Source: a virus
Lineage: Duplodnaviria; Caudoviricetes
Virus record (IMG/VR): IMGVR_UViG_2597489997_000001
Location: 160,001 to 224,000 of that record
Length of the DNA stretch: 64,000 nt
Reading direction: 5' to 3' (one strand)
This document shows, one piece after another, positions 9,501 to 18,345 of this stretch. Below the pieces are notes generated by a model. The model ran no database searches. It was not told the origin of the DNA and was given only the letters and a program-made list of their open reading frames with translations. Made by a program: the position numbers and the translations under genes. The first letter of the stretch is position 1. The number at the start of each line of letters is the position of its first letter.

Positions 9501-9878
9501 ATGAATAATTGGACCCCGACCAAAATGGTTTCTGCATTAGCTGATGAAGAACATAAGCTGTATCCCCATCATTTAATTACTGCTGCACAAAACACGACCG
9601 TGGTTAATCCTATCGTCGATCATGCATTCTTCTACAACATCTCTAATCCGCCAGCGTCAGAAATGGAAAATCACTCTGTGGTGGCCAAACGTATGGCTGA
9701 GATTGAAGAACAGTTGACTGGATTTACTCCCGATGATAAAGTTCGGACATTATCAGACTTGCGTGATTTCTTCTACAAGCGTCTGTGTCGTGCTCAGCAT
9801 TCTGGCATCCAAGCTGCGGTAGTAGAATGTCGTAACCTGTTACAAGCAACTCGTTTAGTTGAAACTTCACTGCTGTAA
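9501..9878 (+). CDS. hypothetical early protein
   Basis: 125-aa ORF, AAGGA RBS. Confidence 0.75.
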   Translation: MNNWTPTKMVSALADEEHKLYPHHLITAAQNTTVVNPIVDHAFFYNISNPPASEMENHSVVAKRMAEIEEQLTGFTPDDKVRTLSDLRDFFYKRLCRAQHSGIQAAVVECRNLLQATRLVETSLL

Positions 9879-9919
9879 TTCGTAGTACCCTAACCCACCC
9901 TTATATAGAGAGATTAAAT

Positions 9920-11053
9920 ATGAACACTTTCAATTCCCAACGTTGTGACTACATCGAAGTTCTGAACTCTTATCTGATCGAAGCAAACTCTGAAGAGACA
10001 GAGTACGATGTAGATGCAATCCGTGTTCGTCTCAACTTCTGCCAGCAACTGACTGGCGAACAGTTCATGTTGAACAAAGATTATTTACTGAATACCCACC
10101 CAGCTCTGCTGTGCAAAGGTCTGATGGGTGTTCTTCTTCCAAACCTGCCAGGTACCGCTGTAAACCCACGTATCACCACATACGGTTGTGGGGTCGATAT
10201 TGACGGTGACTTCAATATCCACGGTGATTTGGTTATTGGGGTTGATAAAGCATTTGAGGCCAATAATCATATCTCTGCCAGAATTCAAGCGCTGGACCTT
10301 CTGTTTAATTCAGATGCACAGTTTACCGGTTATCCTTTATACCCTAGTGATTGCGCTCCACGTATGTCAATGTACGGTGGAAACAGAATGACTGGTGAAA
10401 GTGAGCGTCGTGACCCACGTGACATTTTCCATAAAGGTTTCGATGTTTCAGAACTGAACCTCGGTGGTGATTTGGTTAACTTGTTTACTCACGTTCCGAA
10501 CCCATTCCCTAAAACAGATATTGTCGGAATGATTGCTCGTAAACATCCTGAGCTTGCTCAAACACGCATGCATCTGGATATGGAGATGCCAATCAGCGAT
10601 GGCACTAAGAACGTCATGGATGCCGTTGTAGCACGTCATTACATGTCTGAGTTCTCCCAGGCCATCGAAGAAGCTGTTGCCCTTCCTGGCCTTGATAAAG
10701 AAATCAAGACTGGGCTCTCCTTAGTGAGCGAAGTGATCAATAAACATTTCTCCGGTCTTGCCATGGACAAAGAGATCCCGAATGAACCAATCTCTATGGT
10801 TCAGATGTGTTCCTTGAAACATCATCCTTCTGTTGTTAACGAACAATATCGTTCAAAGGCGTTCCTCAACGTTATGCCTGCTGAACATGCTGAGAAGTTA
10901 ATGAAGAACATGCAAGTCATGCTGAACCTCATGAGTGAGCAAGATGACCCTGAGTATTACGAATCAGTCAAAACGGAAATTAAGCGTCTCCGTTATATCG
11001 CTGAAGGGGCAATCAAGTCTCATCGTGACGTAAACAGCAAATGGGTTGATTGA
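9920..11053 (+). CDS. hypothetical protein
   Basis: 377-aa ORF. Confidence 0.8.
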   Translation: MNTFNSQRCDYIEVLNSYLIEANSEETEYDVDAIRVRLNFCQQLTGEQFMLNKDYLLNTHPALLCKGLMGVLLPNLPGTAVNPRITTYGCGVDIDGDFNIHGDLVIGVDKAFEANNHISARIQALDLLFNSDAQFTGYPLYPSDCAPRMSMYGGNRMTGESERRDPRDIFHKGFDVSELNLGGDLVNLFTHVPNPFPKTDIVGMIARKHPELAQTRMHLDMEMPISDGTKNVMDAVVARHYMSEFSQAIEEAVALPGLDKEIKTGLSLVSEVINKHFSGLAMDKEIPNEPISMVQMCSLKHHPSVVNEQYRSKAFLNVMPAEHAEKLMKNMQVMLNLMSEQDDPEYYESVKTEIKRLRYIAEGAIKSHRDVNSKWVD

Positions 11054-11091
11054 TTCAACCCACTTAACCATTTAGTACAGAGGAAAGTAAA

Positions 11092-11895
11092 ATGAACAAC
11101 AACTTTAACTATTATCACAATTCTGGGTTTGGTACGCTTTACATGAACGAAATGTTTGGTCGCTCATCTATCGGTACCAGTCGTCTTCTCGACTGTGTTA
11201 ATATTATCACCAGTGGGATACACAAAACAGTTACTGATAACTTCAACGTTATTGTGAGTACAATGGGTCGTCCCGAGGCTGTTGCTATTTTCCTCAACAA
11301 CTTGGAAAGGGCCACTGACCGTGACCGACTCACGTATATTGAACAATCAGTGGCTCATCTTCGTGGTGAGGGCGTTCTCAGAAAAGAGGAGTCTAAATGG
11401 GGTGCGGATCTCTTTGAGGGGGATTACATGGAGAACTTGGCTAAGTCTCCTAAACTGGTCTCCATGTTAGCGCTGGTAACAATAAGTCGTACCATAACAG
11501 ATCCTAACAACCCAGTTATTAAACTCCGTATCAAACTGGCCGAAGACTACAACAACGGCAACAAGGTTCATTTGAATCCAGTAGACGATCAACGTGATAA
11601 GCTAACCAGTCTGAAAACCATTCTTAAAGAGGGTGGTCGTAATACTCGTATGCGGAAAGCCACAATAACAGCTCGTTGGATTGAGGTCATTAAGATTTAT
11701 GTTGACCTGAAGAAAGAGATGTTGAAGAACTCATTGGAAAAGACCATCTGGTTGAAAGATGAGAAAGCGAAAATCGATTCTGATCCTAAACTTCGTGCTG
11801 GTGTACGAGACCTGGTCGACGATATTGAAGATCTGATCCGGTTCACTGATGAACTCCCAGAAGAAGTGTTAGAAGTATTCCGTAAAGCAATCTAA
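11092..11895 (+). CDS. hypothetical alpha-helical protein
   Basis: 267-aa ORF, GAGGA RBS. Confidence 0.8.
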   Translation: MNNNFNYYHNSGFGTLYMNEMFGRSSIGTSRLLDCVNIITSGIHKTVTDNFNVIVSTMGRPEAVAIFLNNLERATDRDRLTYIEQSVAHLRGEGVLRKEESKWGADLFEGDYMENLAKSPKLVSMLALVTISRTITDPNNPVIKLRIKLAEDYNNGNKVHLNPVDDQRDKLTSLKTILKEGGRNTRMRKATITARWIEVIKIYVDLKKEMLKNSLEKTIWLKDEKAKIDSDPKLRAGVRDLVDDIEDLIRFTDELPEEVLEVFRKAI

Positions 11896-11953
11896 CATTA
11901 CTTCACTCCCAATAACTCGTAAACAATTAAACCCATTAATTAAGGATTTAACC

Positions 11954-12391
11954 ATGACTAAGATTAAAGCATCCACTCCAGACGTCGCTCCTAACAACCC
12001 GTTCAAAGATGTATTCGGTCCAGCAGCGGCAGAGCGCAAACAACTGATCAATAAGATCAAAGGTATCCACGCTAAACGTAATGAACTGCGTGGCGTGTCT
12101 GGCACCAAAGAGCAGTGGAATGCTCTCACTAAAGAAATGCACTCTGTTCAGAACCGCATTAATGAACTGAACGTTCAACTGGGTATTGAGGTGAAAGTGT
12201 TCCCCGCTCCGGTGGATAAGAAACACTTCAATGAACAGAAAACTGGACGCTTGCGCACAGATCGTAAGCAAGGCGAATTCAAACATTACAAGGGTCGTCC
12301 ACAAGGTGGATTCAAACGTGGCGAGGCTATTGTAGTCGGTGCAGAAACTTCAGCTGACAAATCTCGGGTCACTGGTAATCTGAAGGACTAA
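11954..12391 (+). CDS. basic coiled-coil hypothetical protein
   Basis: 145-aa ORF, TAAGGA RBS, Lys/Arg-rich. Confidence 0.75.
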   Translation: MTKIKASTPDVAPNNPFKDVFGPAAAERKQLINKIKGIHAKRNELRGVSGTKEQWNALTKEMHSVQNRINELNVQLGIEVKVFPAPVDKKHFNEQKTGRLRTDRKQGEFKHYKGRPQGGFKRGEAIVVGAETSADKSRVTGNLKD

Positions 12392-12395
12392 CAGG

Positions 12396-12427
12396 TAGGG
12401 GGAGGAAACTCCCCTATTATTTTGTTT
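12396..12427 (+). terminator. intrinsic terminator
   Basis: TAGGGGGAG-GAAA-CTCCCCTA then TTATTTTGTTT. Confidence 0.75.
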
Positions 12428-12490
12428 GATCAAAGGGCGGTTAATCACTTCCCTTTTATGAAACAAACCTAACAATATAGAGAGGTCATT

Positions 12491-12925
12491 ATGTTCCAGA
12501 TTCGTAAGGTTCAAATTAGTAAAGACGGAACTGCAATGTCCGTCCCTGGTCGTAACTTAGCCGAGATCGTTACTATCTTGGTTACTATCAATAACCACAT
12601 CCAAGCCTGGTCAACCGAATTCAGTCATGACTTCGATGTTAGGATCAGTACTGGGTTTGAGTGGAACGAGAAGATTGAAAACAAGTTCTCTCGTAAAGCT
12701 CCCGTCAGGTACATTCGTATTTGGGGTAAGTATCCAGATGACCTAACTCAGGGTTATCGTACTGTTATCGGCATTGAACTGGAAACGCACACCGGAAGGA
12801 AACACCTGGTCATGTTTAACGACCTGCAATTCCCAGAAGTACGTGATACCATCGAAAAGCTGTATAAACGTTTTCATAGCGAGTTGATGAAAAATGACAT
12901 TGAACGAGCACAAGAAAGAAGTTGA
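12491..12925 (+). CDS. hypothetical protein (possible paralog of 15041..15451)
   Basis: 144-aa ORF, GAGGT RBS; VPG and APVxxIR motifs. Confidence 0.75.
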   Translation: MFQIRKVQISKDGTAMSVPGRNLAEIVTILVTINNHIQAWSTEFSHDFDVRISTGFEWNEKIENKFSRKAPVRYIRIWGKYPDDLTQGYRTVIGIELETHTGRKHLVMFNDLQFPEVRDTIEKLYKRFHSELMKNDIERAQERS

Positions 12926-13109
12926 GGCTTTGCTAGCTCATGCTAAACGTTACGGTGATTACCAAGGTATTACCGAACATGAACAGCTTCTCTCTGACTT
13001 AGAGAAGTTAACTGAATCCGAATATGCTTCTTATATCAAAGTAAGAAAAATGTTCGGGGCTAACAGTGTCAAACCTATAGTAAGGATTCCCAATGCCAAT
13101 GGCACTTAG
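12894..13109 (+). CDS. hypothetical protein
   Basis: 71-aa ORF filling the gap in the operon. Confidence 0.6.
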   Translation: MTLNEHKKEVEALLAHAKRYGDYQGITEHEQLLSDLEKLTESEYASYIKVRKMFGANSVKPIVRIPNANGT

Positions 13110-13296
13110 CAGAAAAGAGGTTGTTCTTATTCTTCGTCATAAATCCAAGACGTCCAAGAATAGAACAATGTCTCAAATGTTTGATTTGGAAGCAAACCGA
13201 ATTGAACGTATGGATGACAAAGAGTTCGAAGCATTTGCTAAGGACTTTGTCGGTAAGCAAAATCAAACCACTGTAACTAAAAGGACAACACGATGA
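13093..13296 (+). CDS. hypothetical protein
   Basis: 67-aa ORF, TAAGGA RBS (start may be 13099). Confidence 0.6.
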   Translation: MPMALSRKEVVLILRHKSKTSKNRTMSQMFDLEANRIERMDDKEFEAFAKDFVGKQNQTTVTKRTTR

Positions 13297-13652
13297 AACA
13301 TGTTCGCTATCTGGATCAGGATTTAGGTACTCCTCTTCCACCTGCTCCAAAGGAAGATTGTTGGGATGCGCTTTTCAAAGGTGGGTTGTCTAAGGCTAAG
13401 AAGATCGATCTCTTCTATAAGCTCCAATCTCAGAAAGAAGCTTCTGAAGGTAATACCCGTCCGACTAACACAATTGAACGTCGTTTGATTGCCAAGCTGT
13501 TTAGTCGTAAGGCTCAAGCCATATGGATGAACTGTACTCTGCGTATCTATGATTACAGAAATGCTAATCTTCGTCCATCAGAAGTTGACATCCGTATTAT
13601 CAACAAGTTATTTGATAATCACGGGGCAATGATCAAGGCTGGTACCATCTAA
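13293..13652 (+). CDS. hypothetical protein
   Basis: 119-aa ORF, ATGA overlap. Confidence 0.7.
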   Translation: MKHVRYLDQDLGTPLPPAPKEDCWDALFKGGLSKAKKIDLFYKLQSQKEASEGNTRPTNTIERRLIAKLFSRKAQAIWMNCTLRIYDYRNANLRPSEVDIRIINKLFDNHGAMIKAGTI

Positions 13653-13705
13653 CTCCGTATTACCGTAGTACCTCATTAACCATTTTAACCAAGAAGGAAA
13701 ATATC

Positions 13706-14335
13706 ATGGCTGCTAACAAGAAATCCCCACGTAAGAAAGGTTCTGCAACTCGTCGTCGTTCTGTACACATCACCAACGTGATGAACCATGCAATCAACCG
13801 CTTTTACATGATGGGCGATATGAACCATGATCCCATGTCGTTTCACACTAGTGAAATCAACATGTATTTGAAAGGACTTGACCTTTCTATCGCTTTGCAA
13901 GAATTGACCAAATTCTTTTACGCTGAACGTCGTGAATGGATTCTTGGTGTTTACCACTTCTTTAAAGTGGACGGGAGCATTCAAGTTGTTCCTACGGAAG
14001 TCATCATTCAGGACGCACTGCTGAATGAAGTAGCCGATGCAGTAGAGGGTCATATTAAGACTCTGAAAGAATCTATCATCGATGTTGATGATGACCACAC
14101 CGAGGAGAACTACTTCTTCTACGGGTACTACATCAACTTCGGTAACGGGTTAAATATGCCCGCTATGGAAGAGGATATCATCCAGGCATTCTTTAAAGTT
14201 AACAATGACCTGAGTGATGTTAAACCAGAAGTGTGCGAGTGTAACGCTGAGAAAGTTCTTCGTGCCATTGCAGGTGAGAAATTCTCCCTGACCAACTCCA
14301 ACGCTTTAGTAAGCACAATGAAAGAGGTTGTATAA
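13706..14335 (+). CDS. hypothetical protein with basic N-terminus
   Basis: 209-aa ORF, AAGGA RBS. Confidence 0.8.
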   Translation: MAANKKSPRKKGSATRRRSVHITNVMNHAINRFYMMGDMNHDPMSFHTSEINMYLKGLDLSIALQELTKFFYAERREWILGVYHFFKVDGSIQVVPTEVIIQDALLNEVADAVEGHIKTLKESIIDVDDDHTEENYFFYGYYINFGNGLNMPAMEEDIIQAFFKVNNDLSDVKPEVCECNAEKVLRAIAGEKFSLTNSNALVSTMKEVV

Positions 14336-14673
14336 TGAGCAAGATGAAACTGGTATTCACCGCATACGAAGAACGCTGGGATAACTTCACTGTTGATGTC
14401 GTAATCAAAGCCACTCTGAATGGCGTTGAGTTGGACGCTACTTCTTTACCTATGTCGCACAAGCGTGCGACTACTGAAGTGGTTAACCGGGCTGCTATGA
14501 GCCAAATTCAAGACATCGTGGAACAATCCATCAAACGTCTGGGAATGCAGCCCTCTGATTATGACCGTAATCTGACTGACATGTTGAAACAGTTCGAAGT
14601 GTTCTTACACCAGGACTTCCGTGATCAATGTTCAGAATACGAAATCCCTTTCAAACATTTACTTGCCGCTTAA
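14335..14673 (+). CDS. hypothetical protein (paralog of 14691..15041)
   Basis: TAATG overlap; LxFT...ATLNG motif. Confidence 0.75.
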   Translation: MSKMKLVFTAYEERWDNFTVDVVIKATLNGVELDATSLPMSHKRATTEVVNRAAMSQIQDIVEQSIKRLGMQPSDYDRNLTDMLKQFEVFLHQDFRDQCSEYEIPFKHLLAA

Positions 14674-14690
14674 CTTAGAAGGAAAGCGAA

Positions 14691-15041
14691 ATGAAACAGA
14701 CTCTTATCTTTACTGACTTCATCGAAAACATCGAACCTAATCGTTACAGTGTCGAAATGCTGGCTACTCTCAACGGTCACGTGTTAAAGTTCCTTTCTCC
14801 GTATAACGCTGCTGATATCACCAAAGAGAAGAAGGATCAGATCTTCCGTGTAGGTCTGAACACTATCTTGTCTAACGCCATTGCTCATCAGCGCCTTACT
14901 GACGACACTGTGCCTTCGCCGGTTAATATGGCGATGCTGGATAAGTTTGGTATGTTCGATATCAAACAAACCGTTACTTTCAATAACGATCTGAATAAAG
15001 CCGGTCGTGATACTTCTATCCTGTTGGAAGGGATCTGGTAA
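14691..15041 (+). CDS. hypothetical protein (paralog of 14335..14673)
   Basis: AAGGA RBS; LxFT...ATLNG motif. Confidence 0.75.
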   Translation: MKQTLIFTDFIENIEPNRYSVEMLATLNGHVLKFLSPYNAADITKEKKDQIFRVGLNTILSNAIAHQRLTDDTVPSPVNMAMLDKFGMFDIKQTVTFNNDLNKAGRDTSILLEGIW

Positions 15042-15451
15042 TGGAAACTCGTGAATATCATTTACCTGGTGAATTTGATCTGCGTGTTCCTGGTGTAGAC
15101 AAACGTCAAATTTCTTATGTTATTGGGAAGATCGTCGCCATTCTCATAGAGATGGATAAAGCCGTAGAACAGAGGGCGTTTGGTGTATTTGAGCTTGTCC
15201 TTGATTTACTCCCGATCAAACCTACCCGAATCTATGGGTCGGCTCCTGTTAAATCGATAAGGGTCACTCTTAAGGAATCTGGGGATGGTAAGCGACTCGT
15301 GATTCTACTCGGAGTCCTGAATTGTGTTAACGTCAGAACGGAAGATTATTTCTACGTTGAAGATCTAAAGGCAATCAGGGGCAAACTGATCCGTCATAAT
15401 TTCAAATTAGAACGTGAACTTATGCTGGAGAAGGGGGACGAGGGGAGATAA
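15041..15451 (+). CDS. hypothetical protein
   Basis: TAATG overlap; 136 aa. Confidence 0.7.
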   Translation: METREYHLPGEFDLRVPGVDKRQISYVIGKIVAILIEMDKAVEQRAFGVFELVLDLLPIKPTRIYGSAPVKSIRVTLKESGDGKRLVILLGVLNCVNVRTEDYFYVEDLKAIRGKLIRHNFKLERELMLEKGDEGR

Positions 15452-15452
15452 C

Positions 15453-16274
15453 ATGTTTGATTTCTTCAGACCTAAACCGATAAGTAAAAAGAAGCTCTTT
15501 GAGATTCATCATGGAACAACACGTTCCGTGATTCTCTTTCATAAGTGGGCAATTAAAATTCCTCACTTGAAATCATATAAGGGGTTCCTTAAGGGACTCC
15601 TTGCTAATATGACTGAACGGTCCATTTGGCATTGTTGTCCTAACTACTTTCTTCCGGTCATCTGGTCTATGCCATTGGGTCTGGTAGTGGTTATGCCGCG
15701 TGTCAAAGCAACCAAACAGGTTACTTGGTATTTACATGCGTTCATGGCCGATTTATTTCATGCTAACAACGATGATAACGATGAAGCCCTTAATGCAAGG
15801 CGGTATTGCGAATACATCCCAAGTAATGTGGCGATGTATAAAGGTAAACCCGTTTGTATTGATTATGGTACCTATATTCACCCCGACGTCACGGAAAAGG
15901 AACTAGACGGGGAGATGTATTATTTAAAGTTAAAGACCAGAAACCTCGTAGAGGAAAAGTTTGGTCCTCAGGACTGGAGTCATTATGGAAACCAAGAAAA
16001 TATTCTCGTTGTACAAGAATCCGCTGAGGTATGTTTGGAGCTATTGGATATTCCAACATTTACCGCTAATGTGGAAAGTAAGGATCGCAAACTTCCACAT
16101 GGATTACTGGCAATGGAAAAGGCAAACGAAGGATCGGTTATTCGGGTCTCTCGGCGTGGTAGTGCTCCAGGAAGTGAATCCCTGGGGGACAATAACGTTA
16201 TCCCACGGAACGTTCCGACTCAGAGACGTCCGATACCGGTTGAAGCGATCCAAACTACCGTGGTACTCAACTAA
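15453..16274 (+). CDS. protein kinase-like fold protein (catalytic-loop Asp appears replaced by Glu)
   Basis: GTTRSV loop, WAIKIP, NMTE, VVMPRV, EYIPSN and IDYG motifs in kinase order. Confidence 0.6.
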   Translation: MFDFFRPKPISKKKLFEIHHGTTRSVILFHKWAIKIPHLKSYKGFLKGLLANMTERSIWHCCPNYFLPVIWSMPLGLVVVMPRVKATKQVTWYLHAFMADLFHANNDDNDEALNARRYCEYIPSNVAMYKGKPVCIDYGTYIHPDVTEKELDGEMYYLKLKTRNLVEEKFGPQDWSHYGNQENILVVQESAEVCLELLDIPTFTANVESKDRKLPHGLLAMEKANEGSVIRVSRRGSAPGSESLGDNNVIPRNVPTQRRPIPVEAIQTTVVLN

Positions 16275-16444
16275 GACCGCTGTCGGTACGCAGTGTACGG
16301 ATGAGGAGGCTCATCCCATAAAGTTATCTGGTCACAATCAGTTAGCTAAGTTCCTGAATGAGCAGTTAAGAACTGTGGCTAATCAGAAACAACATCAAGA
16401 GCTGAAAGCTCAAATCGTAAATCACAAATTCAAGGAATACAATC

Positions 16445-17185
16445 ATGACTAAGCAACGTAAAACAGTTTACATCACCCACGCTTCTGCACCACACGAGGA
16501 TCGACTCATCATTAAACTGAGTTCATCAGAAGCTGCTGTTCAGGGATCCTGTAAAGCATCAGAAATCTTCCCTACCATCAAATCACTGGTAGCGGAACTG
16601 TTTGCCGAAGACTGGAAGGTCGCTAATCAGATTAACCGCATGGACCGTGAAGAGTTTGCATCCAAATACCACCTCGGATTCACTCCCACGGTACGTCCAG
16701 AATTCAAAGACGACTTCCTTGTTCCTCGCCCTCTGCGTATTCTGGCCGAACTCATTGATGCTCTGCAAAATAAAGAAGACCGCCAAGAAGGCGTGGCAGC
16801 TGTTGTTGAAGCATTGGCCGGTGAAGCCAAAGAAGATGACAACCCAATTTCCGATGTCATTGAAAAGATGTTCGACACTCGTGATTTTGCATGGGCTGTT
16901 GCAGCACAGGGACAGTGCAAAGCGAGTGGTAAAGCGTGGGGCGCAGAATACGAATTACGCTTCACTCATGCTGTAGGTAACTGGTATGTAGAAGGTTATG
17001 TGGGTACCATGAAAATGCGAATTTTCAAAACTCACTCTACCATCCAGATTTATCTGACCACTATGGACTGCAATCAGTTCGATATGTCTCGTTGCGATGT
17101 CAACCTGAGCGTTCATGATAAGTTCGGGTTCCGTGATTGGATCAAAGCACTGGCTAAACGTCAAGCTCCTAAACAGGAAGGCTAA
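16445..17185 (+). CDS. hypothetical protein
   Basis: 246-aa ORF, AAGGA RBS. Confidence 0.8.
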   Translation: MTKQRKTVYITHASAPHEDRLIIKLSSSEAAVQGSCKASEIFPTIKSLVAELFAEDWKVANQINRMDREEFASKYHLGFTPTVRPEFKDDFLVPRPLRILAELIDALQNKEDRQEGVAAVVEALAGEAKEDDNPISDVIEKMFDTRDFAWAVAAQGQCKASGKAWGAEYELRFTHAVGNWYVEGYVGTMKMRIFKTHSTIQIYLTTMDCNQFDMSRCDVNLSVHDKFGFRDWIKALAKRQAPKQEG

Positions 17186-17415
17186 TGAAAGAAGCTTTAA
17201 TAATAATTCTCATGGTTGTGGTAGCGTTAGTGCTACCCACCATTACCGCCTTCTATGTCCACACACTGTTTGAAGAGTTAAACATTATGGATCTCTTTAT
17301 GCTCTGGCTTGGGTGTGTTGTGATGTTCTCCGTAATCACCATTGGCATATTAGACGCAGTGTCCCCCACGTTAGTTCGTGGGGAATTCTCTAACAGAAAT
17401 CATCGGGGTGTATAA
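17185..17415 (+). CDS. small two-TM membrane protein
   Basis: TAATG overlap; two hydrophobic segments. Confidence 0.7.
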   Translation: MKEALIIILMVVVALVLPTITAFYVHTLFEELNIMDLFMLWLGCVVMFSVITIGILDAVSPTLVRGEFSNRNHRGV

Positions 17416-17900
17416 TGATTAAAGAAATCTCTACGTGGTTGATTGATCCTATTGATAATAACTGTGGGATCACGTTAACCGATGCTCAAATAACAGCATT
17501 ATCTATTTGGTTGACATTGGCTTATAATGACCCTCATGTGAAACCTTTGTGGTTTGCTCGCTGTGGTGAGTTTGCAACGCGTGATGGTCACACCATCAAG
17601 CTGAAGGGCATGGATGGCTGCATGTCTATGGATACGGTAATTAAGTTCCTGAAATCTATCAACTCTATCTGTGGCGGACCACTACATCACGAATATAATC
17701 GTGATGGGCTCTACTCAGTTAAAGTGATAGATGAAATTCTGGGTTACTACGATAGCCGTGATCGTAGTTGTTCGTCCATTGGCTTACGCTATACCGATGA
17801 CATGAAGGTTTGGTACGGGGTCAAAGCTAAAGTCTCTCAGGGTGCTGAACTAACATCCGTTAATTACAAGTTCGACAATTTGACTTTAGGTCAATTCTAA
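17415..17900 (+). CDS. hypothetical protein
   Basis: TAATG overlap; 161 aa. Confidence 0.7.
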   Translation: MIKEISTWLIDPIDNNCGITLTDAQITALSIWLTLAYNDPHVKPLWFARCGEFATRDGHTIKLKGMDGCMSMDTVIKFLKSINSICGGPLHHEYNRDGLYSVKVIDEILGYYDSRDRSCSSIGLRYTDDMKVWYGVKAKVSQGAELTSVNYKFDNLTLGQF

Positions 17901-17931
17901 TTTAACCATTCTCCTATAGAGGTAGTAACAA

Positions 17932-18282
17932 ATGAAACGTGCGGTGATTCTCGTTGTAGCTATTAGTATGATTCTTACAGGTTGTTTTATGGAACCAAAC
18001 TCTACTAATACTGAGATCAGTGCTGGCAGTCATTATTTAAAAGGTCAGGTAATAGCCCTAGAAGCGTGTTACAGCAACGCGACTGACGTAGGGTCTACTT
18101 GTGTGGGTGTTGTCGATAACAACGGTCAGAAGCGCGCTGGTCGCGTTATGGGTGATATACGGATAGGTTCAAACGTCTATAAAGAATGTACCATCAGTGA
18201 AAGGGGTAATACCTGTTCCAATGTTTGGAAAACCTCTGTGGGAGAAGGTTATTTGAAGGGCGGTGAAATAGTTAACTTGTAA
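17932..18282 (+). CDS. putative lipoprotein
   Basis: MKRAVILVVAISMILTGC: basic N-region, h-region and lipobox LTGC; four further Cys. Confidence 0.75.
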   Translation: MKRAVILVVAISMILTGCFMEPNSTNTEISAGSHYLKGQVIALEACYSNATDVGSTCVGVVDNNGQKRAGRVMGDIRIGSNVYKECTISERGNTCSNVWKTSVGEGYLKGGEIVNL

Positions 18283-18319
18283 ACATAATAGAGAACCTAC
18301 CCATTACGGGTAGGTTCTC
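18282..18319. repeat. 38-bp element, copy 2 (inverted copy of 3060-3097)
   Basis: AACATAATAGAGAACCTACCCATTACGGGTAGGTTCTC. Confidence 0.9.
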
Positions 18320-18320
18320 T
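18290..18320. terminator. bidirectional terminator between convergent blocks
   Basis: AGAGAACCTACCC-ATTAC-GGGTAGGTTCTCT between convergent stops. Confidence 0.85.
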
Positions 18321-18345
18321 AGTTTATAATCTATTCATTTTTTTT

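Noticed and set aside
15961-16452. 163-aa ORF overlapping the kinase-like gene
   Set aside because: Mostly overlaps a better ORF. Only the last ~60-70 codons might be a real gene, and no clear start or RBS is visible.
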